A stretch of DNA of 64,000 bases from contig NZ_JAOARI010000004.1 of the NCBI RefSeq assembly GCF_025210605.1, positions 29,189 through 93,188 of the forward strand, in the 5' to 3' direction. A model generated the notes under the pieces. It did no database searches. It worked only from the letters and a program-made list of their open reading frames with translations, and was not told the DNA's origin. The DNA comes from Halodesulfovibrio sp. GTDB taxonomy: Bacteria > Desulfobacterota > Desulfovibrionia > Desulfovibrionales > Desulfovibrionaceae. Below are positions 1 through 8,937 of this stretch, in pieces. Position 1 is the first letter of the stretch. Each line of letters opens with the position of its first letter. The position numbers and the translations under genes were made by a program.

Positions 1-1153
1 CTTCATGCATTGTAACTCTGTTTCGACCGTTTTCTTTGGCGAGGTATAAGGCAGTATCTGCTCGTTCAATGGCGGAATCCAGACAGCTATCACTAGCGCA
101 TGATAATGAACATCCGATACTTACTGTGTTATGGATCGTACCGTGCGGCATTACAAGCGGAGTCTGTTCAATGTGTGCACGGATGCGTTCGCCTAACCCT
201 TGCAGAACAGCGGCAGAGCAATCTGGAATAATGACAAGAAACTCTTCACCACCCATGCGATATAAGGAGTCAGTGGCCCGCAAACAACATGAGACTTCGT
301 TTGCAAAATGCTTGAGGAGCAGGTCTCCGGTCGCGTGTCCGTATGTGTCATTAACAACTTTAAAGTGGTCAATGTCTAACATAAGCAAACCGACTCTTTT
401 TTCTTTTTGCTGAGATTTGGTGAAGTACGTTGAACTGACTTCGTTAAGTGCTCTTCGGTTGAAAAGTCCTGTCAATGGATCTTCGACAGCTTGCTGAGCG
501 AGCTTCGCGTTTAATTCTTCCACGATAAGCATAATGAGTCCGAACGTAGTAAAAAGCAACGTGCCATTACTCCATAAAATGTAGACAAGGGTACCAACAC
601 CTGTAGAAAAGAATGTGTTGAAGCTGTGTGTGTATAGAATAAGTACCCCGTGCATAAAATTGACAAATGCAGAGGCAATATTCATGTACCCAAGGTACTT
701 GGCGGTTTTGGAGTGACGTCCGTACCGCAGTAATTCGTATGCACTGAGGACATTAGGGATTGAGTAGCTGAAGCTTAACGTTATTATTTTGTATAGAATA
801 AATTGCGGAAGGAATAACGAAAGGCTGGATACAATGGCTGTCGTTGAGGTGAGAAGCACCCCGCAGGCTATTACATAAAAATTTAGCGGACGATTGAAAA
901 ATGCTCGAATTCCGTACCAGAAACAGAGATACCCAACAGTTGCACATATATTTACGAGCACTTTTGAAAGAAAAGGCGGAATAAATCCACGAAAGGCAAT
1001 AAGAACAAGGGAAAGTAAAAAACTGCTCATTGCGGTAGCCCACCAGCGAACTCCTTTTGTGGAAAAGTGGCTATGCTGGAGCCAAAATAGTGCAGCAGTA
1101 GAAACTGCTGCTGTTACAGCGAGTGAGGCGTAAAGTTCTCGTGTAGGTAGCAT
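1..1153 (-). CDS. Membrane-bound diguanylate cyclase (multi-TM N-terminus plus GGDEF domain); 3' end runs off the window
   Basis: Absent from the ORF track because no stop lies in the window. Hand translation of the minus strand from ATG at 1153 gives MLPTRELYASLAVTAAV.... A hydrophobic N-terminal ~200 aa is followed by DPLTGLFNRRAL, LMLDIDHFKVVNDTYGHATGD, RATD (I-site spacing), RMGGEEF (GGEEF = 239..253) and ADTALYLAKENGRNRV near the edge. The N-terminus aligns by eye with gene 1578..2774. Confidence 0.85.
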   Translation of the reverse strand, partial: MLPTRELYASLAVTAAVSTAALFWLQHSHFSTKGVRWWATAMSSFLLSLVLIAFRGFIPPFLSKVLVNICATVGYLCFWYGIRAFFNRPLNFYVIACGVLLTSTTAIVSSLSLFLPQFILYKIITLSFSYSIPNVLSAYELLRYGRHSKTAKYLGYMNIASAFVNFMHGVLILYTHSFNTFFSTGVGTLVYILWSNGTLLFTTFGLIMLIVEELNAKLAQQAVEDPLTGLFNRRALNEVSSTYFTKSQQKEKRVGLLMLDIDHFKVVNDTYGHATGDLLLKHFANEVSCCLRATDSLYRMGGEEFLVIIPDCSAAVLQGLGERIRAHIEQTPLVMPHGTIHNTVSIGCSLSCASDSCLDSAIERADTALYLAKENGRNRVTMHE

Positions 1154-1171
1154 GTGATGTCCTGTAAGGAA

Positions 1172-1441
1172 TTATGAAAAGATATGCAGTGATAACATCA
1201 TAGCAATGCTGGAAAATAAAATTATATTTACACCAGAGTTAGCGTGCGGGATGAAATTCGATTTTGCTTTGTCATATGATTTTACTAAGTAAAGAGCACT
1301 AGCAGCCCGTTTTACAACGGGCTCAGGACAGGTGTCGTCTGCATCGAAAATTGTACAGCCTATGCTGACTGCATGGTGGATTGAGCCAGAAGGTGTTCTT
1401 TGTTCAACATCGTTAGCATTCTTGCCTTTTAAGAAGGACAA
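1172..1441 (-). pseudogene. Relic of the C-terminal end of a GGDEF domain (decayed third paralog)
   Basis: The 89-aa ORF reads ...NDVEQRTPSGSIHHAVSIGCTIFDADDTCPEPVVKRAASALYLVKSYDKAKSNF. This aligns by eye with the C-terminus of the neighbouring gene (AHIEQTPLVMPHGTIHNTVSIGCSLSCASDSCLDSAIERADTALYLAKENGRNRV). No GGDEF motif or membrane domain precedes it. It sits between the two intact paralogs. Confidence 0.5.
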
Positions 1442-1577
1442 GTTGTCTAGAGTACTTGTGTGTACAATGAAGAAGCGTACTCTAGCAATTGATTATACAA
1501 GGCTTTTGTAGAAAATGAGCTTAGGCGGGCGGTTTTGAAAAGAATAGACTGATAAGACATAAGACAGCCTTACTTTG

Positions 1578-2774
1578 CTAACGCATCGTGTGTTTTTCTT
1601 TCATCGCTTGCATGGAGCATTCTGCAATAAAGCGCTCTGTTCTGTTTCCCCCATGTTTTTGAGCAGTGTACAATGCAGAATTTGTTTGATGCAAAAGTTT
1701 TTTCATGGAGTCAGCTGCCGTATTCATTACAGTATACCCAATGCTGACGGTGTACGGTATGCTTAGACTGTCAAGTTTGTATGGCTGTTGAGCAATACTT
1801 GCCCGTATTTTTTCTGCCAACATCAAAGCTTGTTCTGCGGAATAGCTTGGAGAGAGAATGAGAAAACGCTTGCCACCAACTCTGAACACTAAGTCTTCAG
1901 CACGCAGCACGGAAGATATCTTTGCCGCAGCGTCCTGCAAAATCTGATCTCCCGCAATATGACCGAACGTGGTGTTAATCTCTTTAAAACAATCAATATC
2001 CAGTGCCAGCATTGCTAAGTTGTTTTTTTCGGTTGGGCTGGAAGCGTCTTGTGCCAATGTCATGGCGCGTAATGCTTTTCTATTGAATAATCCGGTTAAT
2101 GGATCGTTATATTCTACAGCAGATTGCTTTTTATACGTATCTTCAATTGTTAGCATGATAAATGTAACGGTTGCGAAAAATAAGTAAACAATTGCCCAAG
2201 CCGTATATGGTGCTATCCACGTATCTGGGTGTCCGTCAGTGAGCGGCGATATCGAAATTAACTTGCACAGGTGGCTAAGGTGGACAATTGCATAAAAGGC
2301 ATTGGCAAGTCCAAATATCCACGTAAAATTGTATTGTCGTGTATTTGTGAGAAGGTTGTGCGCAATAAAAATAGTATATGGCAGGGCACATAGGCTTACA
2401 GCACCGGCTCTTCCGGTAACACTGGGTGTAATGGCTGTGAACCAATAAAGTAATGCAGTTGCGGTTGCTATGTTAACCGCACCAAATAGATAAATTCGCC
2501 ATGTTATTGATAGATTGAGGAATTTTCGGATTCCAATCCAAAGCAATAAAAAGCCGAGTAGCATAATATTGTTTGCGGCTGTGAAAGAGATACAGAATGG
2601 AAGGTAGCCGCGCAGAGTGATGAGTAACTGACCGATACTGAACGAGCACATCGCTGATGCCCAGTATAGTACTCCATTGGTAGAGAATTTACTGGAATGA
2701 AGCCATAGTAATATACATGTGGATAAAATTGCTGCGATAGTAAACGTTGCGTATAATTCTCGTAATGCAAACAT
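1578..2774 (-). CDS. Membrane protein with degenerate GGDEF domain (GGKRF instead of GG[D/E]EF; RxxD I-site retained)
   Basis: 398-aa ORF with a multi-TM N-terminus paralogous to gene 1..1153. It contains DPLTGLFNRKAL, LALDIDCFKEINTTFGHIAGD, RAED-x5-GGKRF (GGKRF = 1863..1877) and ALYTAQKHGGNR. Confidence 0.85.
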   Translation of the reverse strand: MFALRELYATFTIAAILSTCILLWLHSSKFSTNGVLYWASAMCSFSIGQLLITLRGYLPFCISFTAANNIMLLGFLLLWIGIRKFLNLSITWRIYLFGAVNIATATALLYWFTAITPSVTGRAGAVSLCALPYTIFIAHNLLTNTRQYNFTWIFGLANAFYAIVHLSHLCKLISISPLTDGHPDTWIAPYTAWAIVYLFFATVTFIMLTIEDTYKKQSAVEYNDPLTGLFNRKALRAMTLAQDASSPTEKNNLAMLALDIDCFKEINTTFGHIAGDQILQDAAAKISSVLRAEDLVFRVGGKRFLILSPSYSAEQALMLAEKIRASIAQQPYKLDSLSIPYTVSIGYTVMNTAADSMKKLLHQTNSALYTAQKHGGNRTERFIAECSMQAMKEKHTMR

Positions 2775-3090
2775 AAGTCTCTAAAAAGAGGTTAATATAT
2801 AAATTGCATGCGGCAGTGGTGTGCATAGATAAAATACTGTGTGTTATGCAATATGAATATGTAGTAAATAGTGCCGCTGCAAATGATTGTGTATTTGATA
2901 AGAGCTAAAAGAAGAATAGTCGAGTATTTTTTTCAAAAATGGAAAACGTTGTTTTACGTTCCAACATATTGATTTTAGATAACAATAGAATGCCGTTACT
3001 GCTAGTAGGAATTAGAAGTGGAATAACATTCCATGTTTTCCACTAGTTAATAAATATGAGAAAAATGTAAAAAAAGCACTAATACAATAA

Positions 3091-3120
3091 AAAAGGGTGG
3101 AGCTTTGGCTCCACCCTTTA
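3091..3120 (-). terminator. Rho-independent terminator downstream of metK
   Basis: On the minus strand GGGTGGAGC-CAAA-GCTCCACCC is followed by TTTTT. It lies 16 nt after the metK stop. Confidence 0.8.
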
Positions 3121-3135
3121 TGTGTTCTATTGGAA

Positions 3136-4308
3136 TTAAATTTTTGCTGCGGTGCGAAGAGCTTCAACCGCGTCTGTTGCTTCCCAGCGGAATTCAGGAA
3201 GCTCGCGACCAAAGTGACCGTAGCAAGCAGATTTTTTGTAAATAGGACGTTTGAGATCAAGAGTTTTGCTGATGCCGTAAGGGCGCAGATCAAAAACATC
3301 TTTAACAGCTTTAGTAAGAACTTCATCAGGAATTTCGGATGTGCCGAAGGAAGTTGCCAGTACGGATACAGGTTCTGCCACGCCGATAACGTATGCAATC
3401 TGTACTTCACATGTTGGTGCAAGACCAGCTGCAACAACGTTTTTAGCAATGTAGCGACCCATGTATGCAGCAGAGCGGTCTACTTTGGAAGGGTCTTTAC
3501 CGGAGAATGCGCCGCCGCCGTGGTGACCCATGCCGCCGTATGTATCCTGAATGATTTTACGACCAGTAAGACCGCAGTCACCCATAGGACCGCCGATTAC
3601 AAAGCGACCAGTGGTGTTGATGAAGATGCGGGTAGCGCTGTCAATAAGCTCTTCAGGAAGAGTCTTTTTGATAACTTCTTCTCGGATGCCTTCAACGATG
3701 TCGTCCTGAGACACGCCGTCTTTGTGCTGGGAAGAAATAACAACGGTGTCGATGCGGGTTGGTTTGCCATCGATGTACTCAAAAGAAACTTCTGTTTTAC
3801 CGTCAGGGCGGAGGAAGTCGAGGTCGTTGTTTTTACGGGCAGCAGTGAGGCGCTCAGAAAGTTTGTGTGACCAGTAGATAGGAGCTGGCATGAGAGTCGG
3901 AGTTTCATCACATGCGTAACCGAACATCATACCCTGGTCGCCAGCACCCTGTTCTTCAGGAGATGTCTGGTCAACACCCTGTGCGATGTCTGGTGACTGT
4001 TTATCAATAGAGGAGATAACTGCACAAGTATCAGCGTCAAAGCCCATTTCAGAGTTGGTGTAGCCGATTTCGCGGATGGTATCACGAACTACAGTCGGGA
4101 AGTCTGCATAACCAGTAGTGCTGATTTCACCGGCAATTACAGCCATACCTGTAGTAACGAGAGTTTCACAAGCAACACGACACTCAGGGTCCTGAGCCAT
4201 AATAGTATCAAGAATCGCATCAGAAATTGCATCTGCAACTTTATCCGGGTGACCTTCAGTAACAGACTCAGAGGTAAAATGGTATTTACCTTTGTTGTTG
4301 ATCATCAT
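3136..4308 (-). CDS. metK: S-adenosylmethionine synthetase
   Basis: 390 aa. Contains [36 protein letters not shown] and [28 protein letters not shown] 8 nt upstream. Confidence 0.97.
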   Translation of the reverse strand: MMINNKGKYHFTSESVTEGHPDKVADAISDAILDTIMAQDPECRVACETLVTTGMAVIAGEISTTGYADFPTVVRDTIREIGYTNSEMGFDADTCAVISSIDKQSPDIAQGVDQTSPEEQGAGDQGMMFGYACDETPTLMPAPIYWSHKLSERLTAARKNNDLDFLRPDGKTEVSFEYIDGKPTRIDTVVISSQHKDGVSQDDIVEGIREEVIKKTLPEELIDSATRIFINTTGRFVIGGPMGDCGLTGRKIIQDTYGGMGHHGGGAFSGKDPSKVDRSAAYMGRYIAKNVVAAGLAPTCEVQIAYVIGVAEPVSVLATSFGTSEIPDEVLTKAVKDVFDLRPYGISKTLDLKRPIYKKSACYGHFGRELPEFRWEATDAVEALRTAAKI

Positions 4309-4321
4309 TATGGAAGCTCCT

Positions 4322-5011
4322 CTAATTAGATGATGTATCAGTGGTTAAATTCGTTTTGTGTTTCAGCTCAGGAGACTCAGGGTTAAGGATGCCGCCTGAA
4401 ATGAGAATTTTAAAAGCATCTTCGACGGTAAGATCAAGTTTGATAGTGTCCTCTTGCGGAACCATCAAGTAAAAACCGGATGTAGGGTTAGGTGTAGTCG
4501 GAACAAAAACGTTCAGCACCTTTTCCTTGGTTTTTCGTTGAATCTCGCCAACAGCAATGCCTGTAACAAACGCCAGAGCGTAAAGCCTAGGGCGTGGGTA
4601 TTCAATAAGAACAACTTGTTTAAATTCTTTTGCTGGACTTTTAAAAACGCTGATAAAAAGTTGATTCGTGGCAGCGTAAAACCGGTTTACCCCCGGGAGC
4701 TTAAGAATCACTTTTTCAATTGAACGCGCTAGTCTTTTACCTACATAGTTGCGTACGAATATGCCGGTACAAAGCAACACAATAAAAACAAGCAGGACAC
4801 CGGTTCCAGTTTCTGGAATTCCTAATTTTTCAGGAATCCTCATAAAATCCGGTACCCATTTCCAAGCGTTATCCGCCCACTTCAGGAGGACACGCAGGAT
4901 GAAGACAGTGACAACAATCGGCGCGAGGAAAAGAAAACCGGCAATAAGGTTAACGCGTAAAAAATGCTTTAAGCGCTGCCAACGAGTCCATCTTTTCGGC
5001 GTTGCAGTCAT
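4322..5011 (-). CDS. DUF502-family membrane protein
   Basis: 229 aa with two N-terminal TM helices. [14 protein letters not shown]...[19 protein letters not shown] matches the DUF502 pattern. Tightly packed between panC and metK. Confidence 0.75.
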   Translation of the reverse strand: MTATPKRWTRWQRLKHFLRVNLIAGFLFLAPIVVTVFILRVLLKWADNAWKWVPDFMRIPEKLGIPETGTGVLLVFIVLLCTGIFVRNYVGKRLARSIEKVILKLPGVNRFYAATNQLFISVFKSPAKEFKQVVLIEYPRPRLYALAFVTGIAVGEIQRKTKEKVLNVFVPTTPNPTSGFYLMVPQEDTIKLDLTVEDAFKILISGGILNPESPELKHKTNLTTDTSSN

Positions 5012-5023
5012 GGTAAGCTCCGT

Positions 5024-5872
5024 TTACAGGTAGAACGGCCAGTTGTCTAATAATCTTCCTTTTCCAACATACACGGCTACTGCACAACGTGCTTTGTCAG
5101 TAATAGTTGTCACCGGTTCAAGAGAGTCCGGATCAATAAATTCGAGATAATCTTCTTTGCCAAGCGGTAGATGTCGTTGCCAATGTGCTCTGATAACGGC
5201 TTTAAGTTTTTCTACATCATGCTCACCTTGTTCAAATGCCGCAGCTCCGGCTCGTATGCCTGCATTAATATGCGCAGCTTGTACTCGTTCCTCTGGTGTG
5301 AGGTATGCATTACGCGAACTCATCGCGAGTCCGTCTTTTTCACGGATAAGCTCACCGCCGATGATATTTGTCGGCAAGTGTAAATCGCGTACAAGGCGGC
5401 GTATGATAGCAAGCTGCTGCCAGTCTTTTTCGCCGAATACAGCATATTCTGGGAGAGTAAGTATAAGTAGCTTAGTAACTACGGTGGATACTCCTCTAAA
5501 ATGTGTAGGACGGCTGGTGGCACACAAGCCCTTTGCCAGCTGTGGCACTTCTACCCATGTTGCATGGTCTTTTGCATACATGCTTCCTGCATCGGGGATA
5601 AATAGAATGTCAGCACCAAGGTTGCGTGCTATCTGAGCATCGCCTTCGTGATCTGCCGGATACGTGGAAAGATCTTCATTTTCGCCGAACTGAGTCGGGT
5701 TAACGAAGAGCGTGACAACTAGTTTGTCTGCTTTTTCACGCGCAATCCGCATAAGATTTTTATGCCCTTCGTGAAAGTATCCCATAGTCGGGACAAGCCC
5801 AACGGTACTGCCGTCGCAGCGCCATTGGAGACAAATTTTTTGTAATTCAGAAGGTGAAGTAACTAATTGCAT
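5024..5872 (-). CDS. panC: Pantoate--beta-alanine ligase
   Basis: 282 aa. Contains VGLVPTMGYFHEGHKNLM, VTLFVNPTQFGENEDLSTYP and FGEKDWQQL. Confidence 0.95.
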   Translation of the reverse strand: MQLVTSPSELQKICLQWRCDGSTVGLVPTMGYFHEGHKNLMRIAREKADKLVVTLFVNPTQFGENEDLSTYPADHEGDAQIARNLGADILFIPDAGSMYAKDHATWVEVPQLAKGLCATSRPTHFRGVSTVVTKLLILTLPEYAVFGEKDWQQLAIIRRLVRDLHLPTNIIGGELIREKDGLAMSSRNAYLTPEERVQAAHINAGIRAGAAAFEQGEHDVEKLKAVIRAHWQRHLPLGKEDYLEFIDPDSLEPVTTITDKARCAVAVYVGKGRLLDNWPFYL

Positions 5873-6047
5873 ATCAATTTATCCAGATATATTTGACAAC
5901 TTAATATACGCATCAGAATAACTTGTCTAGTTAAAAAAGGAATAATGGGAATTATAGTCATGGGTAGAGCAAGCCTCTTGCTAGTGAAAAACGTTTGTGT
6001 CACATCTGAACATGAATACTATTTTTAACAGAAGGACATAGTGGCAA

Positions 6048-6647
6048 ATGGAAGCTTTTTTCCAAGGTAAACTTGATAATTTTTGTGCATTATATGCTGT
6101 GCTTAATGCAATGCAGCGCACTCATGGAATCAACCATTGGAGTGCTCGAAAATTATTTCATGCCGGTCTCGTCGGTTTATCAAAAAATACTGAGAGCTGG
6201 GGCAAAATTGTTTGGAACGACACTGACTACATAGCAGAAGTCCGTTCCTTTATCGAAATCATCAATGCAGAAGGAACATCCTTACAGTATACACATCCTT
6301 TCCCGGACGGAAAGGCGGGTATTGCAGAAGTGCTGGATGCTATTGGCTCGTGGAGTTCCCTTGAGTCTGATGACAGTGCATCATTGCGAGAACGATCCGG
6401 TGGGAAAGCTGTTGTGTTACAATTTAAGCGTTTTTTACCTTTTCGTGGTGCACCGCTCATAAACCATTGGACTGCTGTAAAAGAGTTTGCTGGTAATGAA
6501 ATACTATTTATGGATTCTAGTCTGGAGAAAACAGCAACCTACGCGCTTCCCTCAAATGGTTTTTGCACGCATGAAGATGATTTAAAAGAAGGGCGTCTGT
6601 TTATGATTGATCCTGCGACGATCTATCTTCTGGAAGCAGGAACGTAG
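6048..6647 (+). CDS. Hypothetical protein with papain-like / peptidase C39-like Cys-His-Asp signature
   Basis: 199 aa with no signal peptide. The N-terminal FQGKLDNFCALYAVLNAMQRTHG resembles the C39 Q...C..A.L...G motif. INHWTAV is followed by FMDSS, so His and Asp are 16 residues apart as in C39 domains. No ABC transporter is adjacent. Confidence 0.45.
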   Translation: MEAFFQGKLDNFCALYAVLNAMQRTHGINHWSARKLFHAGLVGLSKNTESWGKIVWNDTDYIAEVRSFIEIINAEGTSLQYTHPFPDGKAGIAEVLDAIGSWSSLESDDSASLRERSGGKAVVLQFKRFLPFRGAPLINHWTAVKEFAGNEILFMDSSLEKTATYALPSNGFCTHEDDLKEGRLFMIDPATIYLLEAGT

Positions 6648-6994
6648 GGCTGTGTTGTTTTGATAATAGTTATAAGTGATTATGAGACATTTTTTAGTAT
6701 ACGATAGATACTAATTATTATTTGCACGGGTGCGTGCAAAATTACAATATTTTATTTTCAAACGGGTTGCACTTGTGCTAGGAGTGTTACTCTAGGCATG
6801 ACATAACCAGTTATTTGTATTCTATTTTTTGTAGATGTTTCAGCGTAAATGCACCTTGGCGGTTACGCTATGCATAGGTAGATAATCTTTTAGGTATTTA
6901 CCATTGGTTTGGAGAAGGCCAGAATAGTAGGTCTAATTTGGTCTTGTGTGGATGCGCCTGCGCATTTTCGTTTTTTATTTTTTTGGAGATTTTT

Positions 6995-7258
6995 GTGGCT
7001 AAGAACATTTATGTTGGCAACCTTGCCTGGTCTGTTGGTGATGATGATCTGCGTGATCTTTTTCAGGAATTTGGTGAAGTAATTTCAGCCCGCGTTATCG
7101 AAGATCGCGAAACCGGACGCTCCCGCGGCTTTGGTTTTGTGGAAATGGAAGATAACGGTGCGTTAGAAGCTATTGATGCTCTTAATGGTAGCGTGCATGG
7201 AGGACGTAACCTTAAGGTTAACGAAGCTCGCCCGCGCGAGCGTCGCCCTCGCTACTAA
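6995..7258 (+). CDS. RRM-type RNA-binding protein
   Basis: GTG start at 6995, 7 nt after GGAG. The longer ORF 6938.. adds an implausible Cys/Phe leader. RNP2 motif NIYVGNL and RNP1 motif RGFGFVEM; basic tail RPRERRPRY. Confidence 0.9.
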   Translation: MAKNIYVGNLAWSVGDDDLRDLFQEFGEVISARVIEDRETGRSRGFGFVEMEDNGALEAIDALNGSVHGGRNLKVNEARPRERRPRY

Positions 7259-7270
7259 GCGATAGTTTAA

Positions 7271-7298
7271 AAAGCCCACTGAAAAGTGGGCTTTTTTC
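7271..7298. terminator. Bidirectional intrinsic terminator
   Basis: AAGCCCACT-GAAA-AGTGGGCTT is flanked by an A-run and a T-run. It lies between convergent genes ending at 7258 and 7299. Confidence 0.85.
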
Positions 7299-8072
7299 TT
7301 ATGGGTGTGGTTTGTTAAGGGAGAAGTAGGCGCGGTGAAGAGCTTTCCCTTTTTTTGAGTTAACGACTGTGGTTAACGCTTTTTTGAAAGCAAGAACATA
7401 GCTTTGGGGAACAGCATTGTTGAAAATAAAACCCTGCTGCAACGTTGCTATGTTTTTGATGACATATAAATTGGATCTCTTTTTGCCGATGCTTGCGTAA
7501 TTATACAAAATGCTGGCAACATCACCTGTTATTAGCGGTGCTCGTCCTTTTGCAAATTTTTTTACACAAGCGTGCACTGTAGACCCATAGTCAAAATTTT
7601 TTTCAGAAAATCCTAATTGTATCAGAATTTTCATAGTGCTTGATAAGCGCGCTGTAATAATTCGGCTTTGCTTAAGTTGAGCGTCGGTTATAAACCGTGC
7701 TTTATCTTTTTTATGCGCAAGTATGCCAATTTTATATGATGCAGGAAACGCGACACAACGGTACTTTTTGCATCGACTTGTTGTAAGTGATGCTGGAAAA
7801 AGACATGTCGGCGTTTTAGAATTAAAATATTTAATAGAGCGTGCCCATGGCTGAACGCGAAAATTAGGTTTAGCAATATTCATTTTATCCCATACAGCTT
7901 TTGCTAATTCAATACTGTACCCCTTAAGCACTCCTTTCTCAGGGTAAACAAGCGGTGGTACATGCTCTGTAATAAAAAGCACAGGCTCACCACAATGCGC
8001 TGGGACAGGCTGTAGTAGGAAAACTGCATAGCATAGTATGGTTGAGAGTAGCGTACTTAATCGCAGCTGCAT
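7299..8072 (-). CDS. Periplasmic solute-binding protein, family 3 (amino-acid-binding type), orphan
   Basis: 257 aa with an N-terminal signal peptide (MQLRLSTLLSTILCYAVFLLQPVPA). PPLVYPEKGVLKGYSIELAKAVWDKMNI is typical of the SBP_bac_3 N-lobe. No permease or ATPase is adjacent. Confidence 0.6.
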   Translation of the reverse strand: MQLRLSTLLSTILCYAVFLLQPVPAHCGEPVLFITEHVPPLVYPEKGVLKGYSIELAKAVWDKMNIAKPNFRVQPWARSIKYFNSKTPTCLFPASLTTSRCKKYRCVAFPASYKIGILAHKKDKARFITDAQLKQSRIITARLSSTMKILIQLGFSEKNFDYGSTVHACVKKFAKGRAPLITGDVASILYNYASIGKKRSNLYVIKNIATLQQGFIFNNAVPQSYVLAFKKALTTVVNSKKGKALHRAYFSLNKPHP

Positions 8073-8182
8073 AATGTGTCTCGTAAAATAAAATGCTGAA
8101 CAATGTTCAAAAATGTTAACAATAGTAATTTTGTCGTATACATTCCCAATACTTTTGGCAATACATTATCTTGGAGGAGCAC

Positions 8183-8794
8183 ATGAGACGCTTTTTTACT
8201 GCACAAAATTTCCCTTTTATCCTCGCAGCAGTTTTCGCAATCTTTTTTGCGTTGATGGCGATTAACCCTGTTTCGAGAGAAGTTTGGATAGCCGAGGTTA
8301 TTCCCGTTGCGGCAATCTTTCTTTTGCTGTGTATTACATTTCCATTTTTCAGATTTTCGAATGTTTCTTATGGATTGATGGCTGTGTGGCTGTTTTGGCA
8401 TACGATTGGTGGGCATTACACCTTTGCAGGCGTTCCATTTGAATGGGTAACGGATTTATTCGGCTTTGAGCGTAACCATTTCGACAGAATAGGACATTTT
8501 TCCGTAGGATTTTATGCATATCCTATTGCGGAATTATTTATAAGTAGGAAAATAGCAGGCCCAATTGTAACAACCTTGTTTGCTCTATTTACCATTATGT
8601 CAGTAGCGGCAGCCTATGAGATTATTGAATGGCAGTACGCTGTCATCCAAGGCGGTGAAGCGGGTATTGAATTCCTTGGAAGTCAGGGTGATGTTTGGGA
8701 TGCTCAAAAAGATATGCTCGCAGACACGCTCGGAGCAGTCTTTGTTCTTGTCTTGTTTTGGATATTCGGCAAGCGTTGGGGCAGTCGAGGATAG
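8183..8794 (+). CDS. DUF2238 (YjdF-like) inner-membrane protein
   Basis: ATG at 8183, 6 nt after GGAGGAG; the listed 8171 start is a TTG inside the RBS. Polytopic protein with HTIGGHYTFAGVPF and ERNHFDRIGHFSVGF. Confidence 0.7.
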   Translation: MRRFFTAQNFPFILAAVFAIFFALMAINPVSREVWIAEVIPVAAIFLLLCITFPFFRFSNVSYGLMAVWLFWHTIGGHYTFAGVPFEWVTDLFGFERNHFDRIGHFSVGFYAYPIAELFISRKIAGPIVTTLFALFTIMSVAAAYEIIEWQYAVIQGGEAGIEFLGSQGDVWDAQKDMLADTLGAVFVLVLFWIFGKRWGSRG

Positions 8795-8865
8795 TTGAAT
8801 AGGCATTCTGCACTATCAATAATGGTTTGAGATTGGTTACGTAGCAGGGTGCTTGAACTGAATAA

Positions 8866-8900
8866 AGAAAACGGCATGGACTTTTCCATGCCGTTTTTTA
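8866..8900. terminator. Bidirectional intrinsic terminator
   Basis: ACGGCATGGA-CTTT-TCCATGCCGT with A-run and T-run flanks. It lies between convergent genes ending at 8794 and 8938. Confidence 0.85.
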
Positions 8901-8937
8901 TGGCACTGTTGTCGGTGTGCAATGTAGTTTTGAGGTG

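Noticed and set aside
36-413. 125-aa plus-strand ORF at the left edge
   Set aside because: The minus strand here encodes a clean GGDEF domain (GGEEF, DIDHFK, and so on) that continues to an ATG at 1153. The plus-strand ORF is its shadow.
6938-6994. Upstream extension of the RRM gene (MVLCGCACAFSFFIFLEIF...)
   Set aside because: GGAG lies 7 nt before the internal GTG at 6995, which yields a canonical RRM N-terminus (AKNIYVGNL). The extension is Cys- and Phe-rich and has no RBS.
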